Positions 11,080-21,633 are shown, counted from the first letter of the stretch. The stretch is DNA of 64,000 nucleotides from a virus (IMGVR_UViG_3300021979_000001:322948-386947), one strand, 5' to 3'. Numbers and translations are program-made. The notes: generated by a model from the letters alone, not told the origin.

Positions 11080-11421
11080 ATGAAAATAAATGAAATTTTT
11101 TCTCACCCAATTAATATTGTTGGGTATCATGGCACGGATGCTGATATATCCGCCTTCAAACTGAAATCACCAAAACGTGGTATTTATTTTACCAGTGACC
11201 AGGAATACGCTTCCGACTATGGTGATACTATCTACCGGTGCCACATAACGTTGAATAACCCCGTGATATATTCTGAATCAGAAAGCCATGGTGATATGGA
11301 GATTGATCGCGATGTGCTGATTTCAAAAGGATATGATGGTCGTGTTATCGTATATGATGATGGTCAGAAGGATATTATTGCATTTTATCCAAACCAGGTT
11401 CGTATATTGAACAAGATATAA
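11080..11421 (+). CDS. Small ART-fold (ART-PolyVal-like) protein
   Basis: GYHGT..F..GIYFTSD..A..YG..L.NP..GYDG; MKINEIF start; ATAAATA at 11044. Confidence 0.65.
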   Translation: MKINEIFSHPINIVGYHGTDADISAFKLKSPKRGIYFTSDQEYASDYGDTIYRCHITLNNPVIYSESESHGDMEIDRDVLISKGYDGRVIVYDDGQKDIIAFYPNQVRILNKI

Positions 11422-11486
11422 CAAAATACACCTTGACTTAAATTTTGATTAGTATAATATATCAAATATTGTTTAGGAGATTTGTT

Positions 11487-12557
11487 ATGCCAGTATCATA
11501 TGTTACGTTGAAATTATGGTTGAACCAGAAATATGAGGTTCCTATTACCATTGATTGCACCAAGTCCTTTCAAACAGATACGTTTCAATGTTTATTTCAT
11601 AAAACAACACTTGATTTGATAAATTCCACGGGAATCAACTGGTTCACGCAGTATTCTCCGTATAATTCCGCTTATTTGTTATATGGATATAGGGAAGTTT
11701 GGTCACCTGTGATGTTTTCACTTGTTGAACATTTTTTTGGAGATAGTGTTTTTCCAGAAAACGTAAAAAAACTCAAAACTTTTTTTGCAGAATTAACATT
11801 ACGTGATCGTGCCCAAATCATGATTAATATTTTTAATTCTGCAACTAATTTTGAATATAATGTGACAATGGCATCAACTAACCAATTTGTTGAAAGGTTT
11901 GATGAATCTCAATGTTCTCCATACTCGGCACAAGATTATAATGTTACTCACCTGACGAATGGGTTTTTTGGTATTGAATCTTACAAAAATTTGGATGAAT
12001 ATTTACCTAACATTACGGGAACAAGTCGAATTGATATTCGTTCTATATCAGGTAAGGTAACGTCATTATCATATATTATTGTCGATAATAAAAACATTTC
12101 AAAACGCATTTCAAAATCAATGAATATTGTTGATTTTGGGTATATAAACAAATTATCTACCCCCGCAGTTAAATTATTTAGCAATTATGCAAAAGAACAT
12201 AATATTGTAATATCGGGAGTTTGTGGGCATTTATTTGTGCCTAAAGAACATGAAAATGCAATCGTTAAATTAATTGATACATATTGGGATTCATTAATTC
12301 CAGAAGAATGTTTTGGTTATACAATGTATTTACCAAACGTTAACATTCTGGATTTTTGGTTGTTTGATTCGTTGTGTGAAAATGATTTATCCGTATGCGA
12401 AATCATGTTTGATTTTAACAAAAAAAAATTTCATGCAACCCATATTGATGCTGAACAATATGATGTTATTATCGCCATTGATTGTGAAACAAGTAGCAAA
12501 GTTAAAATTTATGCAAAAGAAGAAAAGTATCTTACGTTAGTAAAAATGTATATCTAA
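11487..12557 (+). CDS. Hypothetical protein, family A
   Basis: AGGAGA RBS; TGINWF..WSPVMFSLVEHFFG; TTGACT..TATAAT promoter upstream. Confidence 0.8.
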   Translation: MPVSYVTLKLWLNQKYEVPITIDCTKSFQTDTFQCLFHKTTLDLINSTGINWFTQYSPYNSAYLLYGYREVWSPVMFSLVEHFFGDSVFPENVKKLKTFFAELTLRDRAQIMINIFNSATNFEYNVTMASTNQFVERFDESQCSPYSAQDYNVTHLTNGFFGIESYKNLDEYLPNITGTSRIDIRSISGKVTSLSYIIVDNKNISKRISKSMNIVDFGYINKLSTPAVKLFSNYAKEHNIVISGVCGHLFVPKEHENAIVKLIDTYWDSLIPEECFGYTMYLPNVNILDFWLFDSLCENDLSVCEIMFDFNKKKFHATHIDAEQYDVIIAIDCETSSKVKIYAKEEKYLTLVKMYI

Positions 12558-12608
12558 GGTGCCACGATATAAAAAATGTCGCGGAATTTGTTAGTTAGGA
12601 GATTTGTT

Positions 12609-13685
12609 ATGCCAGTATCAAATATTGAAGTTAAATTATCATTGGGATATTCATACATGATACCAGTTCAGTTTGACAGTGGTATCACAATTGACTCTAA
12701 ACAGTTTAAGAAATTATTTCATTTAACATGTCTTGATTTGATTGACAAAACTGGCATCAATTGGTTTACATCGTATTCGGCACAAGGAAATGCATATTTT
12801 CTCCATGGTGACAATGACATGTGGACACCATTGATGTTTTCATTGGTTGAAATGTTCTTTGGTGATGCCGTTATCCCAGATCATGTAAAAAAGTTAAAAA
12901 CTGGATTTGCGGTATTAACATTATATGATCGTGCCCAGATCATGTTTAACATATTCAATGTCGCAACAGATTTCAAATACAACGTGTCGATGACTTCACG
13001 CGAACAGTTTAGCAATGATGAATTGCTTAATCAATCGTGTGCATCAAATCACCGTCTTCGCAATTCACCCATCCAGTCGGGGATTGTTGGTATCCGAAAC
13101 AATAAACGGATGGATGGTTACATCCCGGATATTCGTGGGATGAAACGAATTGATATTCGTCATATTTCATCATCACAACATCGGCCATATCACACGATTT
13201 CCACAAAAAAACAAACGCAAAATTGCACTATTGATGATACCCATTCAATGCGGATACTTGACTTTTCCTTTTTAAATGATCAGGTTGGCCCGGAATGGGA
13301 AATATTTAATGAATATGCCGTTAAACACGATATTATTATTACGGCAACGTGTGGTATGTTGTTTGTTCCCGAGGAACATGAACAGGCCATTCGGAAATTG
13401 ATTGAAACAAATTGGCAACCAGTAATTGATGAAAATCTTTTCAAATATCAACTGGATATGTCAAATGTTAATATTATTGATTTCGATCTGTTCAATAAGA
13501 TTAAGGACAGTGGCTTGTTAATTTGTGAAATCACATATCCATTTCTTAAAAATGTATTTCGTGATAAATCAATTGATGTCATGTCGTCTGATCTTATCAT
13601 TGCACTTGATTCTGAATCAAACAAGTCGGTGAAAATTTTTGCAAAAGACATGCAGTCTCTTGTTTTTACAAAAATGTATGTCTGA
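12609..13685 (+). CDS. Hypothetical protein, family A (close paralog of 11487)
   Basis: Same ttaggagatttgttatgccagtatca start context; TGINWF..WTPLMFSLVEMFFG. Confidence 0.8.
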   Translation: MPVSNIEVKLSLGYSYMIPVQFDSGITIDSKQFKKLFHLTCLDLIDKTGINWFTSYSAQGNAYFLHGDNDMWTPLMFSLVEMFFGDAVIPDHVKKLKTGFAVLTLYDRAQIMFNIFNVATDFKYNVSMTSREQFSNDELLNQSCASNHRLRNSPIQSGIVGIRNNKRMDGYIPDIRGMKRIDIRHISSSQHRPYHTISTKKQTQNCTIDDTHSMRILDFSFLNDQVGPEWEIFNEYAVKHDIIITATCGMLFVPEEHEQAIRKLIETNWQPVIDENLFKYQLDMSNVNIIDFDLFNKIKDSGLLICEITYPFLKNVFRDKSIDVMSSDLIIALDSESNKSVKIFAKDMQSLVFTKMYV

Positions 13686-13763
13686 CCAAACCCTGCATAA
13701 TAGCATCCCTGGCTAGGCCGCAATCGGTGCCAGGGGTGTTATTGCTCTATACATTAAAGAAAA

Positions 13764-14282
13764 TTACTTTCTGAAAAATTTGGAATTGTCAAAGGTGGTG
13801 TTTGACCCATCGGCAATCTTGATGTTTTTTTCATCCCACACATATCCAGTCGTATTTTCATTATCTGGTAAAATAACACCATCATACCCAGCAGTGATCA
13901 ATTGATCAGCAAAATATTGATCCTGTTCGTCCCACCCCGCCGGGTTTGTGATTCGAACATATAACGGTAAAACGATATTGGTTCCACTTGCACCAGATTC
14001 TTGATTGGTAATATAGTTGCGATCAAACGCAAACCACGTGACTTTATCATATGTTACATAATGATCAAAATAGTCAAAATCAACATCGGTGCCATGATAG
14101 CACACTAAAGGCCGACCTTCGCCGTCTACCATTTTTGAATCGCCAAACCAATTCCAAAAATTGCGAATGCCTTCTTCGGTTGGGGCAATTGGCTCCCCTA
14201 ACGAATTTGTGATAGGTTTGGCGATACCGTTAACCGTAATGGATTCAAACGATTCCATTATTTTGATAAATTTTCGCATCAT
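13764..14282 (-). CDS. ART-PolyVal-like protein
   Basis: FWNWFGDSKMVDGEGRPLVCYHGT..F..F..P.YVRI.NP..GYDG signature; TAAATA upstream. Confidence 0.7.
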   Translation of the reverse strand: MMRKFIKIMESFESITVNGIAKPITNSLGEPIAPTEEGIRNFWNWFGDSKMVDGEGRPLVCYHGTDVDFDYFDHYVTYDKVTWFAFDRNYITNQESGASGTNIVLPLYVRITNPAGWDEQDQYFADQLITAGYDGVILPDNENTTGYVWDEKNIKIADGSNTTFDNSKFFRK

Positions 14283-14385
14283 TCTTGTAACTCATTAACC
14301 AGTGACGGATTATTTATTCGAAAAATAAAAAAACGGAACGCCATCAATTGCGCTCCGTTTCGAATTTGTTGTATTACTAAAATAA

Positions 14386-14462
14386 TGGTGCCGGAGACAG
14401 GACTCGAACCCGCAACCCCCTGATTACAAATCAGACGCTCTACCAATTGAAGCTACTCCGGC
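14386..14462 (-). tRNA. tRNA-Thr(UGU)
   Basis: Cloverleaf, loop TT-TGT-AA, TTCGAGT T-loop, encoded CCA. Confidence 0.95.
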
Positions 14463-14540
14463 GTTGCTGTATTATTATTTATCATTGTTGGATTAATAAT
14501 GCAATAATTATCTTACATAAAACAAAAAATGTCATCTTTT

Positions 14541-15239
14541 TTACGCGGGCAATTGCTGACCAATCAGGTGAGCATAAGACGGGATATTTTGGTGGTCAAT
14601 GTGTTCGCTTTTCGCAACCACCGCAATATCCAGGATCGTAATCGGGGCCTGATCAATAACAGTGATTTCTCTTTCATCATCACCTACGTTCATTTTGATG
14701 TTTGCCGTGATGGTAGATTCCCAATTAATATTTTCTAGTTGAACCTTTCCTGATATGAGAACCGTTAACACATCCCCAGAATTGTGTCCCCAATGCGCAT
14801 CTGCGGCATTTTTGTCCCAGGACCAGTATTCACCAAGTGGTCGGTTTTCCGGGTTCCAATTCAACGGAACAGTAATCATTCGCCAAATGTTGATTGATCC
14901 TGCATTAAAACGGTTCGATATGGTTTCACAAACCTTATGTGCAAGATCATACAAATAATTATACACGAAAACTCTAAAATTATGGTGTGTTTCCAATAAT
15001 TCCGAGGGTTCGCTATTGTTTATTTGATCAAGTTCCATGGCGTCTTTTTCATCATCTTGATCTAACGTTTTAGTATCAATTAAATATTCAATAAACATTT
15101 CTTGAATAGAATAAAAATCTTCATTGTATCTACTAATATTATTCATATAAGAATAAATCACATCTTCTATTATTTCGTCAATATTATTGATATTAAAATT
15201 TTCTGTGACAATATTCATAAAAAAACGAATGTCAGTCAT
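14541..15239 (-). CDS. Hypothetical late protein, possibly ART-like C-terminal domain
   Basis: MTDIRFFMNIVTE start; IWR..LGEYWSW..ERE pattern; TATAAATA upstream. Confidence 0.6.
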   Translation of the reverse strand: MTDIRFFMNIVTENFNINNIDEIIEDVIYSYMNNISRYNEDFYSIQEMFIEYLIDTKTLDQDDEKDAMELDQINNSEPSELLETHHNFRVFVYNYLYDLAHKVCETISNRFNAGSINIWRMITVPLNWNPENRPLGEYWSWDKNAADAHWGHNSGDVLTVLISGKVQLENINWESTITANIKMNVGDDEREITVIDQAPITILDIAVVAKSEHIDHQNIPSYAHLIGQQLPA

Positions 15240-15324
15240 TGGTAAATTTCTCCAAAGCATTGATTATTTATACCAATTTAGTGAATAAATACAAAAATAA
15301 CGTTGTTATTTGAGAGCGAGAACC

Positions 15325-17031
15325 ATGAAGTTTGACCAAATACAAATTAAACCATTATCGGCTGATAAAATGATTACTCTTTTATCTCATAAAATAAAGC
15401 ATGATAAAAAAATTGCTAAAGAAAACGATGACTTAATCACCGTGACGACCGATGATAGCTTCGCAAATGAAATCATGCGTAATCATGAATGGTTAACACA
15501 AGCGGGATGGGTTATTGCTGATCTCTATCAACATGACCATTATCCAGAAGATTTGCGTCATTATTCTACGTTACGTCTAGAACCATTTATTTCGTCAACT
15601 GTTAATGTTCCAAAATTTCTCTATCATATTTCACCAATAAAAAATATCCAATCCATTATGACATATGGATTGATACCACAACGTGGTGATAGAACCGGTC
15701 AGGTTTTTTCAATTCCAGATCGGGTATTCATGGCATCATCATATAACGCTGCCATCCGAATAGCGCAACTTTTCAATGAAGAATTATACAACCCGCTAGA
15801 ATTTGCGGTGTTCAAAATTGATACCGAAAAATTACCAGGCAGGATATTTCATATCGATCCGCAATTCAATAATGGCGTCTATACTACCGATGTGATCCCA
15901 CCATCTGCAATCACCGTAATTGGAAATTATCCCAATGTTAAATCATCAGTTTCGGAATCAATCACAAATATTCCATTGGACTTAAAAAAATGGGCCATGG
16001 CACGAAGCAAACAAATCGGACTAATTGTTGATATTTTAAAGAAGGCTAACGATGTTATTATGTCAACAAGCTATGATGTAACAGATGATCTTAATGCAAT
16101 TGCACAGAATATTGATTCTGCTATTATGTTCGATGACATGGGTCGTTATATCAATAAAATGGTTGATAGCGGATATGACTTGCCCATTCTTAAAGAAACT
16201 CTAAAAAATTTTGCACTCCATGGTGATACATTTTCTAAATATTTGCTGTCAAATATTGAAGCAAATAATGACTATGAGTTCAATGAAAATATCAACATTA
16301 TCCTGGATAAAATTGACAAGATTAAAGAAAACATACCGGGCAAGGTGCATGATGAAAATCTTACCCAAGCGTTAAATTTGATTGAAGTATATGAATTATT
16401 GAAAAAAGTTCGGGTTAATCTTCGAAATTTGATTAAAGACATTAAGATTAAAATAAGTCTTGTGACAGACATTTCCCACACCGGATTACATTCATATCGT
16501 CCTGAACACACCGAGGAAGAAAAGATGTATCATGTCAGTGCATTTGCTTCTGAAATATCTAAAAATGGATTTGGTGCTGAACCACCAGTTGATCGAACAG
16601 GGGTTGGCAATTATGGGAGAATTAAAGAAATATCAATGACTCATAACTATACAATTGCACAAGGAATATTGCGAACATTTAATGAACTATGGAAAATTGT
16701 TCATGATGTGTTGTCTTTGGACACAATAAAACTGTGGTTTGTTGCAGAAGATATTCCATTCCCATCGTCAACTGATGTGGAAATGTCACAAGATCATATC
16801 AAATATAATATTGATGTATATCAGTTTTATCTATCTAATAGCAAAAAACGCTATAACCCAATGATCGTTAATATTGATAAACTTGCCGAAATATTAAAAT
16901 ATCGCAAACTATCAGATATAGGTATTTTACAATGTCAAGTAAATATGACAGGAAAAGAAGAATATTTATGGTCTGAACAAGAATTTCGCATTCTTCCAAA
17001 CCAGGTTAATGCCGTTAAACGGATAATATAA
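15325..17031 (+). CDS. Multi-domain protein with two ART/Tpt1-like domains
   Basis: LYHIS..SIMTYGL.P..RVFMA..F..DP...GVYT..IPP and a second MYHVS..ISMT..EQEFR module; ATAAATA at 15285. Confidence 0.6.
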   Translation: MKFDQIQIKPLSADKMITLLSHKIKHDKKIAKENDDLITVTTDDSFANEIMRNHEWLTQAGWVIADLYQHDHYPEDLRHYSTLRLEPFISSTVNVPKFLYHISPIKNIQSIMTYGLIPQRGDRTGQVFSIPDRVFMASSYNAAIRIAQLFNEELYNPLEFAVFKIDTEKLPGRIFHIDPQFNNGVYTTDVIPPSAITVIGNYPNVKSSVSESITNIPLDLKKWAMARSKQIGLIVDILKKANDVIMSTSYDVTDDLNAIAQNIDSAIMFDDMGRYINKMVDSGYDLPILKETLKNFALHGDTFSKYLLSNIEANNDYEFNENINIILDKIDKIKENIPGKVHDENLTQALNLIEVYELLKKVRVNLRNLIKDIKIKISLVTDISHTGLHSYRPEHTEEEKMYHVSAFASEISKNGFGAEPPVDRTGVGNYGRIKEISMTHNYTIAQGILRTFNELWKIVHDVLSLDTIKLWFVAEDIPFPSSTDVEMSQDHIKYNIDVYQFYLSNSKKRYNPMIVNIDKLAEILKYRKLSDIGILQCQVNMTGKEEYLWSEQEFRILPNQVNAVKRII

Positions 17032-17032
17032 A

Positions 17033-17330
17033 ATGAGATATTCATAAATTATTAATGAAAATGATGCCATAGCCTTACCTAAATTGTTATATCATGAAAC
17101 CACAATTCATAACTGAAACAAAATACAGAAACCGGGGTTTTATTTTTGACTAAAAACAAAAAAAAGACGCAATTAATTATGTAGAAGATATACTTCCAAC
17201 ATGTTAGATGATGGTTGGGAAGAAGATGGTGACTATACTGATCCTGATAATTACGAAATTTTAATGAAATTTAATTTGGATGAATTGCAGAAATCCTCGG
17301 AGATTCAACTTAGCGCCAGTCGATAGCACC
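17033..17330 (+). pseudogene. Degenerate ART-family gene remnant
   Basis: Fragments read MR..FIN / INENDAIALPKLLYHETTIHN* / VLFLTK across frameshifts and stops. Confidence 0.5.
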
Positions 17331-17443
17331 GTGAAATAGATGGGGCAAATTGTTTCGGTCACATGAACCAATGATAATTCTGGTTGACAATATTGTGTTA
17401 ATTAGTATGGTGGGATAATAAGTTCAACCATAAGGATTCGATC

Positions 17444-18178
17444 ATGAAACGACGTAAGTTGTGGGACATTTCGGAATTTAATAAAATTAATCTCCCCGAA
17501 GTGGTCGGGAAGATTTCCGAAAAACGAGAGTTTTCTGCCAAGAACAACATTCGTGTGTTGGATATGCCCATCTTCATGCCAGGGCAGGGTTGGAAAATTC
17601 CACGCGGTTTGCACCAGTTTTCTGAAATTGTCAAAATGGTAATTGACCATGAAAGCAATTATGGTCAATTTGAAGACGATCATTATGTCTATATTACGGT
17701 TGACCAAAAAATGGTCAAACATGGACAAACTGGTCGGCGGGCTGGTGCCCATTCCGACGCATACGTAGAAGAAAACAACCAGCAAATTGACATCACGACC
17801 AAAAACAGCGCCATGGTCGGGAAACAAAAGGGACCAGTTTCGCACACCTATATTGTCGCAGATTGTATTCCAACACAATTTTTCAAGGAAAAGTTCCCCT
17901 TGGATAAAACAGATTGTGAAAGCAGTCTTAAAACCTTTGACGAAATCGCGGCTACTGCGCCGGTAGTAACGTATCCTGAATATACCGTTTTAAAACTGGA
18001 CCCTTACGTGGTCCATCGGTGCGGAACGCATTTCGAAGACGTTTACCGGACATTTGTCAAAGTATCGGTATCCAGGAAAAAATATGCTCGGGAAGGTAAT
18101 ACCCGGAATATTATGTTCCGGTATGATTGGGAATTGACTGCCCGGTCTCCCGATAAACGAAATCATCCTTGGACATAA
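17444..18178 (+). CDS. Hypothetical protein, possible 2OG-Fe(II) oxygenase-like fold
   Basis: AAGGA RBS; RRAGAHSD (HxD), distal VVHR and RTFVKV; own promoter and terminator. Confidence 0.55.
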   Translation: MKRRKLWDISEFNKINLPEVVGKISEKREFSAKNNIRVLDMPIFMPGQGWKIPRGLHQFSEIVKMVIDHESNYGQFEDDHYVYITVDQKMVKHGQTGRRAGAHSDAYVEENNQQIDITTKNSAMVGKQKGPVSHTYIVADCIPTQFFKEKFPLDKTDCESSLKTFDEIAATAPVVTYPEYTVLKLDPYVVHRCGTHFEDVYRTFVKVSVSRKKYAREGNTRNIMFRYDWELTARSPDKRNHPWT

Positions 18179-18182
18179 AATA

Positions 18183-18220
18183 AAAAACCCTACCTGGATC
18201 ATCCGGTAGGGTTTTTATTT
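18183..18220. terminator. Bidirectional intrinsic terminator
   Basis: aaaaaccctacc/ggtagggttttt. Confidence 0.85.
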
Positions 18221-18246
18221 TGTTGCATGGCGGCGTGATATAATTA

Positions 18247-19350
18247 TTAATCAATTATTGATTTGATTGCATAGCCATGGCTATTGCCACCAGAAGCCGC
18301 AGACCAGTCAGTATCCGTTCCGATTTGGGTCCAGGATGATCTGTTACTATTACCATAACTACCTATTTGACCATCACCACCATAACCAATACCCCAAATG
18401 GTCCCATCCGACTTAATTGCATAGCCATGATTGCCGCCACTTGCAACAGATACCCAATTAGTATTTGTCCCGATTTTTGTCCACGATGACTTATTTCCAG
18501 AACCACCTATTTGACCATAAATATTATAACCAATCCCCCAAATGGTCCCATCCGACTTTATTGCATAGCCATGATATGTTCCACCAGAAGCCAATACCCA
18601 ATCTGTATCGGTTCCGATCTGTGTCCACGATGACTTATTCCCAGAACCACCTATTTGACCAAAATTATTGTAACCAATCCCCCAAATAGTGCCATCAGAC
18701 CTAATTGCATAACCATGAATGTTACCACTCGAAACAGATACCCAATTAGTATTCGTCCCGATTTTCGTCCAAAATGACTTATCACCCGAACCACCTATCT
18801 GCCCAACATTATTAGAACCAATTCCCCAAATAGTGCCATCAGACCTAATTGCATAACCATGACTATAACCACCCGAAACTGATGCCCAATTCTTATTCGT
18901 GCCAATTCGGGACCAGTATGATCTTCTACCAGTAAATCCAAGCTGACCAGAACCGCTATCACCAATACCCCAAATGGTCCCATCCGACCTAATTGCATAC
19001 CCATGATTGCCACCGGCAGAAACCGATGTCCAATCATTATCGGTTTCAATTTGTGTCCACGATGACTTATTCCCAGAACCGCCTATTTGACCATAATTAT
19101 TGTAACCAATGCCCCAAATAGTGCCATCCGGTTTAATTGCATAACCATTATTATTAGAACCACCGGAAATAGATGACCAATCATTATCAGTTCCTATTTG
19201 AGACCACAGTGTCTTATTCCCAGTCCCACCGATTTGACCATAATCATTAGAACCAATACCAAATACCGGGTGTTTTATTGTTTCAAAATTATTTTTTCCA
19301 ATGGTAATATTTAAAAAATGTTTCAGATTGTTTTTTACAACTACGCCCAT
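18247..19350 (-). CDS. RCC1-repeat beta-propeller protein
   Basis: Seven ~49-aa repeats W.SVS.G..HGYAIKSDGTIWGIG.N..GQIG. Confidence 0.9.
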   Translation of the reverse strand: MGVVVKNNLKHFLNITIGKNNFETIKHPVFGIGSNDYGQIGGTGNKTLWSQIGTDNDWSSISGGSNNNGYAIKPDGTIWGIGYNNYGQIGGSGNKSSWTQIETDNDWTSVSAGGNHGYAIRSDGTIWGIGDSGSGQLGFTGRRSYWSRIGTNKNWASVSGGYSHGYAIRSDGTIWGIGSNNVGQIGGSGDKSFWTKIGTNTNWVSVSSGNIHGYAIRSDGTIWGIGYNNFGQIGGSGNKSSWTQIGTDTDWVLASGGTYHGYAIKSDGTIWGIGYNIYGQIGGSGNKSSWTKIGTNTNWVSVASGGNHGYAIKSDGTIWGIGYGGDGQIGSYGNSNRSSWTQIGTDTDWSAASGGNSHGYAIKSIID

Positions 19351-19382
19351 AATAGTTCTATACCCAATACAAATGTTTGGTT

Positions 19383-20486
19383 CTATTTATCACTTATTAT
19401 TTTTCTAATCCCATAGCCATAATTATTGCCACCGGAAACATATAACCAATCATTATCGGTTCCGATTTGCGTCCAGACTGATTTATTTCCAGTTCCACCT
19501 ATTTGATTATAGTAATTATTACCAATGCCCCAAACGGTTCCCTCGGATTTAATTGCATACCCATGATTACTACCACTCGAAACCGATAACCAATCATTGT
19601 TGGCTCCGATTTGCGTCCAGACTGATTTATTTCCAGTTCCACCTATTTGTTTAGCAGCATTATACCCAATACCCCAAATAGTCCCATCAGATTTAATTGC
19701 ATAACCATGATTGTAACCACTTGATACCGACACCCAATCTGTATCGGTTCCGATTTTTGTCCAGGATGATTTATCCCCAGTCCCACCTAGTTGACCATAA
19801 TTATTGTAACCAATTCCCCAAATGGTTCCGTCTGACTTAACTGCATAGCCGTGCATATACCCGCTTGAAACAGATACCCAGGTATCAACTGTTCCAATTT
19901 CTGTCCATGACGATTTATTGCCGGAACTACCTATCTGACCATAATAATTGTAACCTATGCCCCATATTGTCCCATTGGTTTTGATTGCATAACCATGAGC
20001 ATAACCACCCGAAACCGATACCCAATCGGCATCTGTCCCGATTTTTGTCCAGGATGATTTGTCACCAGAACCGCCTATCTGACCAAAAGTATTGTAACCA
20101 ATTCCCCAAATAGTGCCATCAGACTTAATTGCATACCCATGATTGCCACCGGCAGAAACCGATGTCCAATCATTATCGGTTCCAATTTTGGTCCAGGATG
20201 ATTTGTCACCAGAACCGCCCATTTGCCCATATCTATCAGAACCAACACCCCATATGGTCCCATCGGACTTGATTGCATAGCCATAGTTGCTACCGGCAGA
20301 AACTATTAACCAATCATTATCTGATCCAATTCGGGTCCAGGATGAAACATTATAATCGGCATAACCGATCTGACCGGAATCATTAAAACCAATGCCGTAT
20401 ATAGGATACCGTATCGTTTCAAAATTACTTTTTCTAATGGTAAGATTTAAAAAATGTTTCAGATTGTTTTTTATAACTGCGCCCAT
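19383..20486 (-). CDS. RCC1-repeat beta-propeller protein (tandem duplicate)
   Basis: Same repeats and length (367 aa); near-identical 5' flank. Confidence 0.9.
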   Translation of the reverse strand: MGAVIKNNLKHFLNLTIRKSNFETIRYPIYGIGFNDSGQIGYADYNVSSWTRIGSDNDWLIVSAGSNYGYAIKSDGTIWGVGSDRYGQMGGSGDKSSWTKIGTDNDWTSVSAGGNHGYAIKSDGTIWGIGYNTFGQIGGSGDKSSWTKIGTDADWVSVSGGYAHGYAIKTNGTIWGIGYNYYGQIGSSGNKSSWTEIGTVDTWVSVSSGYMHGYAVKSDGTIWGIGYNNYGQLGGTGDKSSWTKIGTDTDWVSVSSGYNHGYAIKSDGTIWGIGYNAAKQIGGTGNKSVWTQIGANNDWLSVSSGSNHGYAIKSEGTVWGIGNNYYNQIGGTGNKSVWTQIGTDNDWLYVSGGNNYGYGIRKIISDK

Positions 20487-20549
20487 AATAGTTCTATACC
20501 CAATACAAGTGTTTGGTCCTATTTATTCACTCATTTATGAATAATTAAG

Positions 20550-21071
20550 TTATCTATCTTCTTGTTGAGGATAGTAATAGGAAGGTGTAACTGAAAATGG
20601 AATAATAATTTCGATCCTGGGAAAAATCAGTCCAATGACATCATAATATGATTCCATTTCAGTGTGGTGTGCAAACCAGATAGCCGCTGATTTAACCATG
20701 CCGTCATGACCAACAGTTGGGTCCATCCATTTCTTCTTATCGACGACATCAAATACACATTTCTCAATTTCATCATCCGTCAAATGAAAATAATAGGTGA
20801 ACCCCATATATTCATCTTTGTCAAACATCATTCCTTTATACGATGCATACAAAAAACTTATTTCATCAGAGGTTCCCAATAAATCATGGTAAATTTGTTC
20901 GGTTTTCTTTCGATCAGAAACATAATCAGGATCGATTGATAATTCTTCTTTTCTCGTTTTTTCCAACATGTCGTAAGATAATGGGCGCAATACTTTTAAA
21001 TTTTTGGGACTTTGATGTTGAAACCATCCGCCTGATGGCGCGTGGTCAATTTTTATTGGGGGCCTGGACAT
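20550..21071 (-). CDS. Hypothetical protein
   Basis: 173 aa ORF, TAAATA upstream. Confidence 0.65.
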   Translation of the reverse strand: MSRPPIKIDHAPSGGWFQHQSPKNLKVLRPLSYDMLEKTRKEELSIDPDYVSDRKKTEQIYHDLLGTSDEISFLYASYKGMMFDKDEYMGFTYYFHLTDDEIEKCVFDVVDKKKWMDPTVGHDGMVKSAAIWFAHHTEMESYYDVIGLIFPRIEIIIPFSVTPSYYYPQQEDR

Positions 21072-21233
21072 GATAAATACCTACATAATCATCGATTGAA
21101 TATTTATGTTTAAACAAAAAAAAATACCCGCACCATAATTAAATGATGCGGGTTAGTTATTATTAAAGGATAGATAACTAAGTTAATGGTTTTTGATTTA
21201 AATGTCAATGATAATTATTGGAGACAGTCCGTT

Positions 21234-21605
21234 TTATGACAATATTCGATAAATCATAATATTATTTTTATTTCTATTATCTTTATAAACATCCCATGAA
21301 AAATGACCTGCTTTATTCCGTTCTATGGTATAACCATCATTGTTCAACTGGACTTCCACCATAACGTCTTCATCCACCGGACATTTACCACCGCCCCAAA
21401 CAATCCATTTCGGATTTAACGCGGCGTGGGTCTGGACTTCCCGACTAATAATACAACTTAGTTCTGCAATCATTGTAGAACTGACGATAATATTTTCATC
21501 GTTTTGTCTGATAGACAAAACACCGTCATGATTAATTGCAAGAACCACACTGCGGTTGCTGTTAGTGTTATCCACAATTTCGTATGTGGTCGTTATTTTA
21601 ATCAT
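21234..21605 (-). CDS. Hypothetical phage protein
   Basis: GAGG RBS; WIVWGGGKCPV..VEVQL..W..I..YR module common in phage proteins. Confidence 0.7.
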   Translation of the reverse strand: MIKITTTYEIVDNTNSNRSVVLAINHDGVLSIRQNDENIIVSSTMIAELSCIISREVQTHAALNPKWIVWGGGKCPVDEDVMVEVQLNNDGYTIERNKAGHFSWDVYKDNRNKNNIMIYRILS

Positions 21606-21633
21606 GTATACCTCATAAATGGATCGGGTGTTG

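Noticed and set aside
18247-20486. Regular DNA repeats that might be a CRISPR array
   Set aside because: They are 147-bp in-frame RCC1 coding repeats with no repeat-spacer structure and no cas genes.
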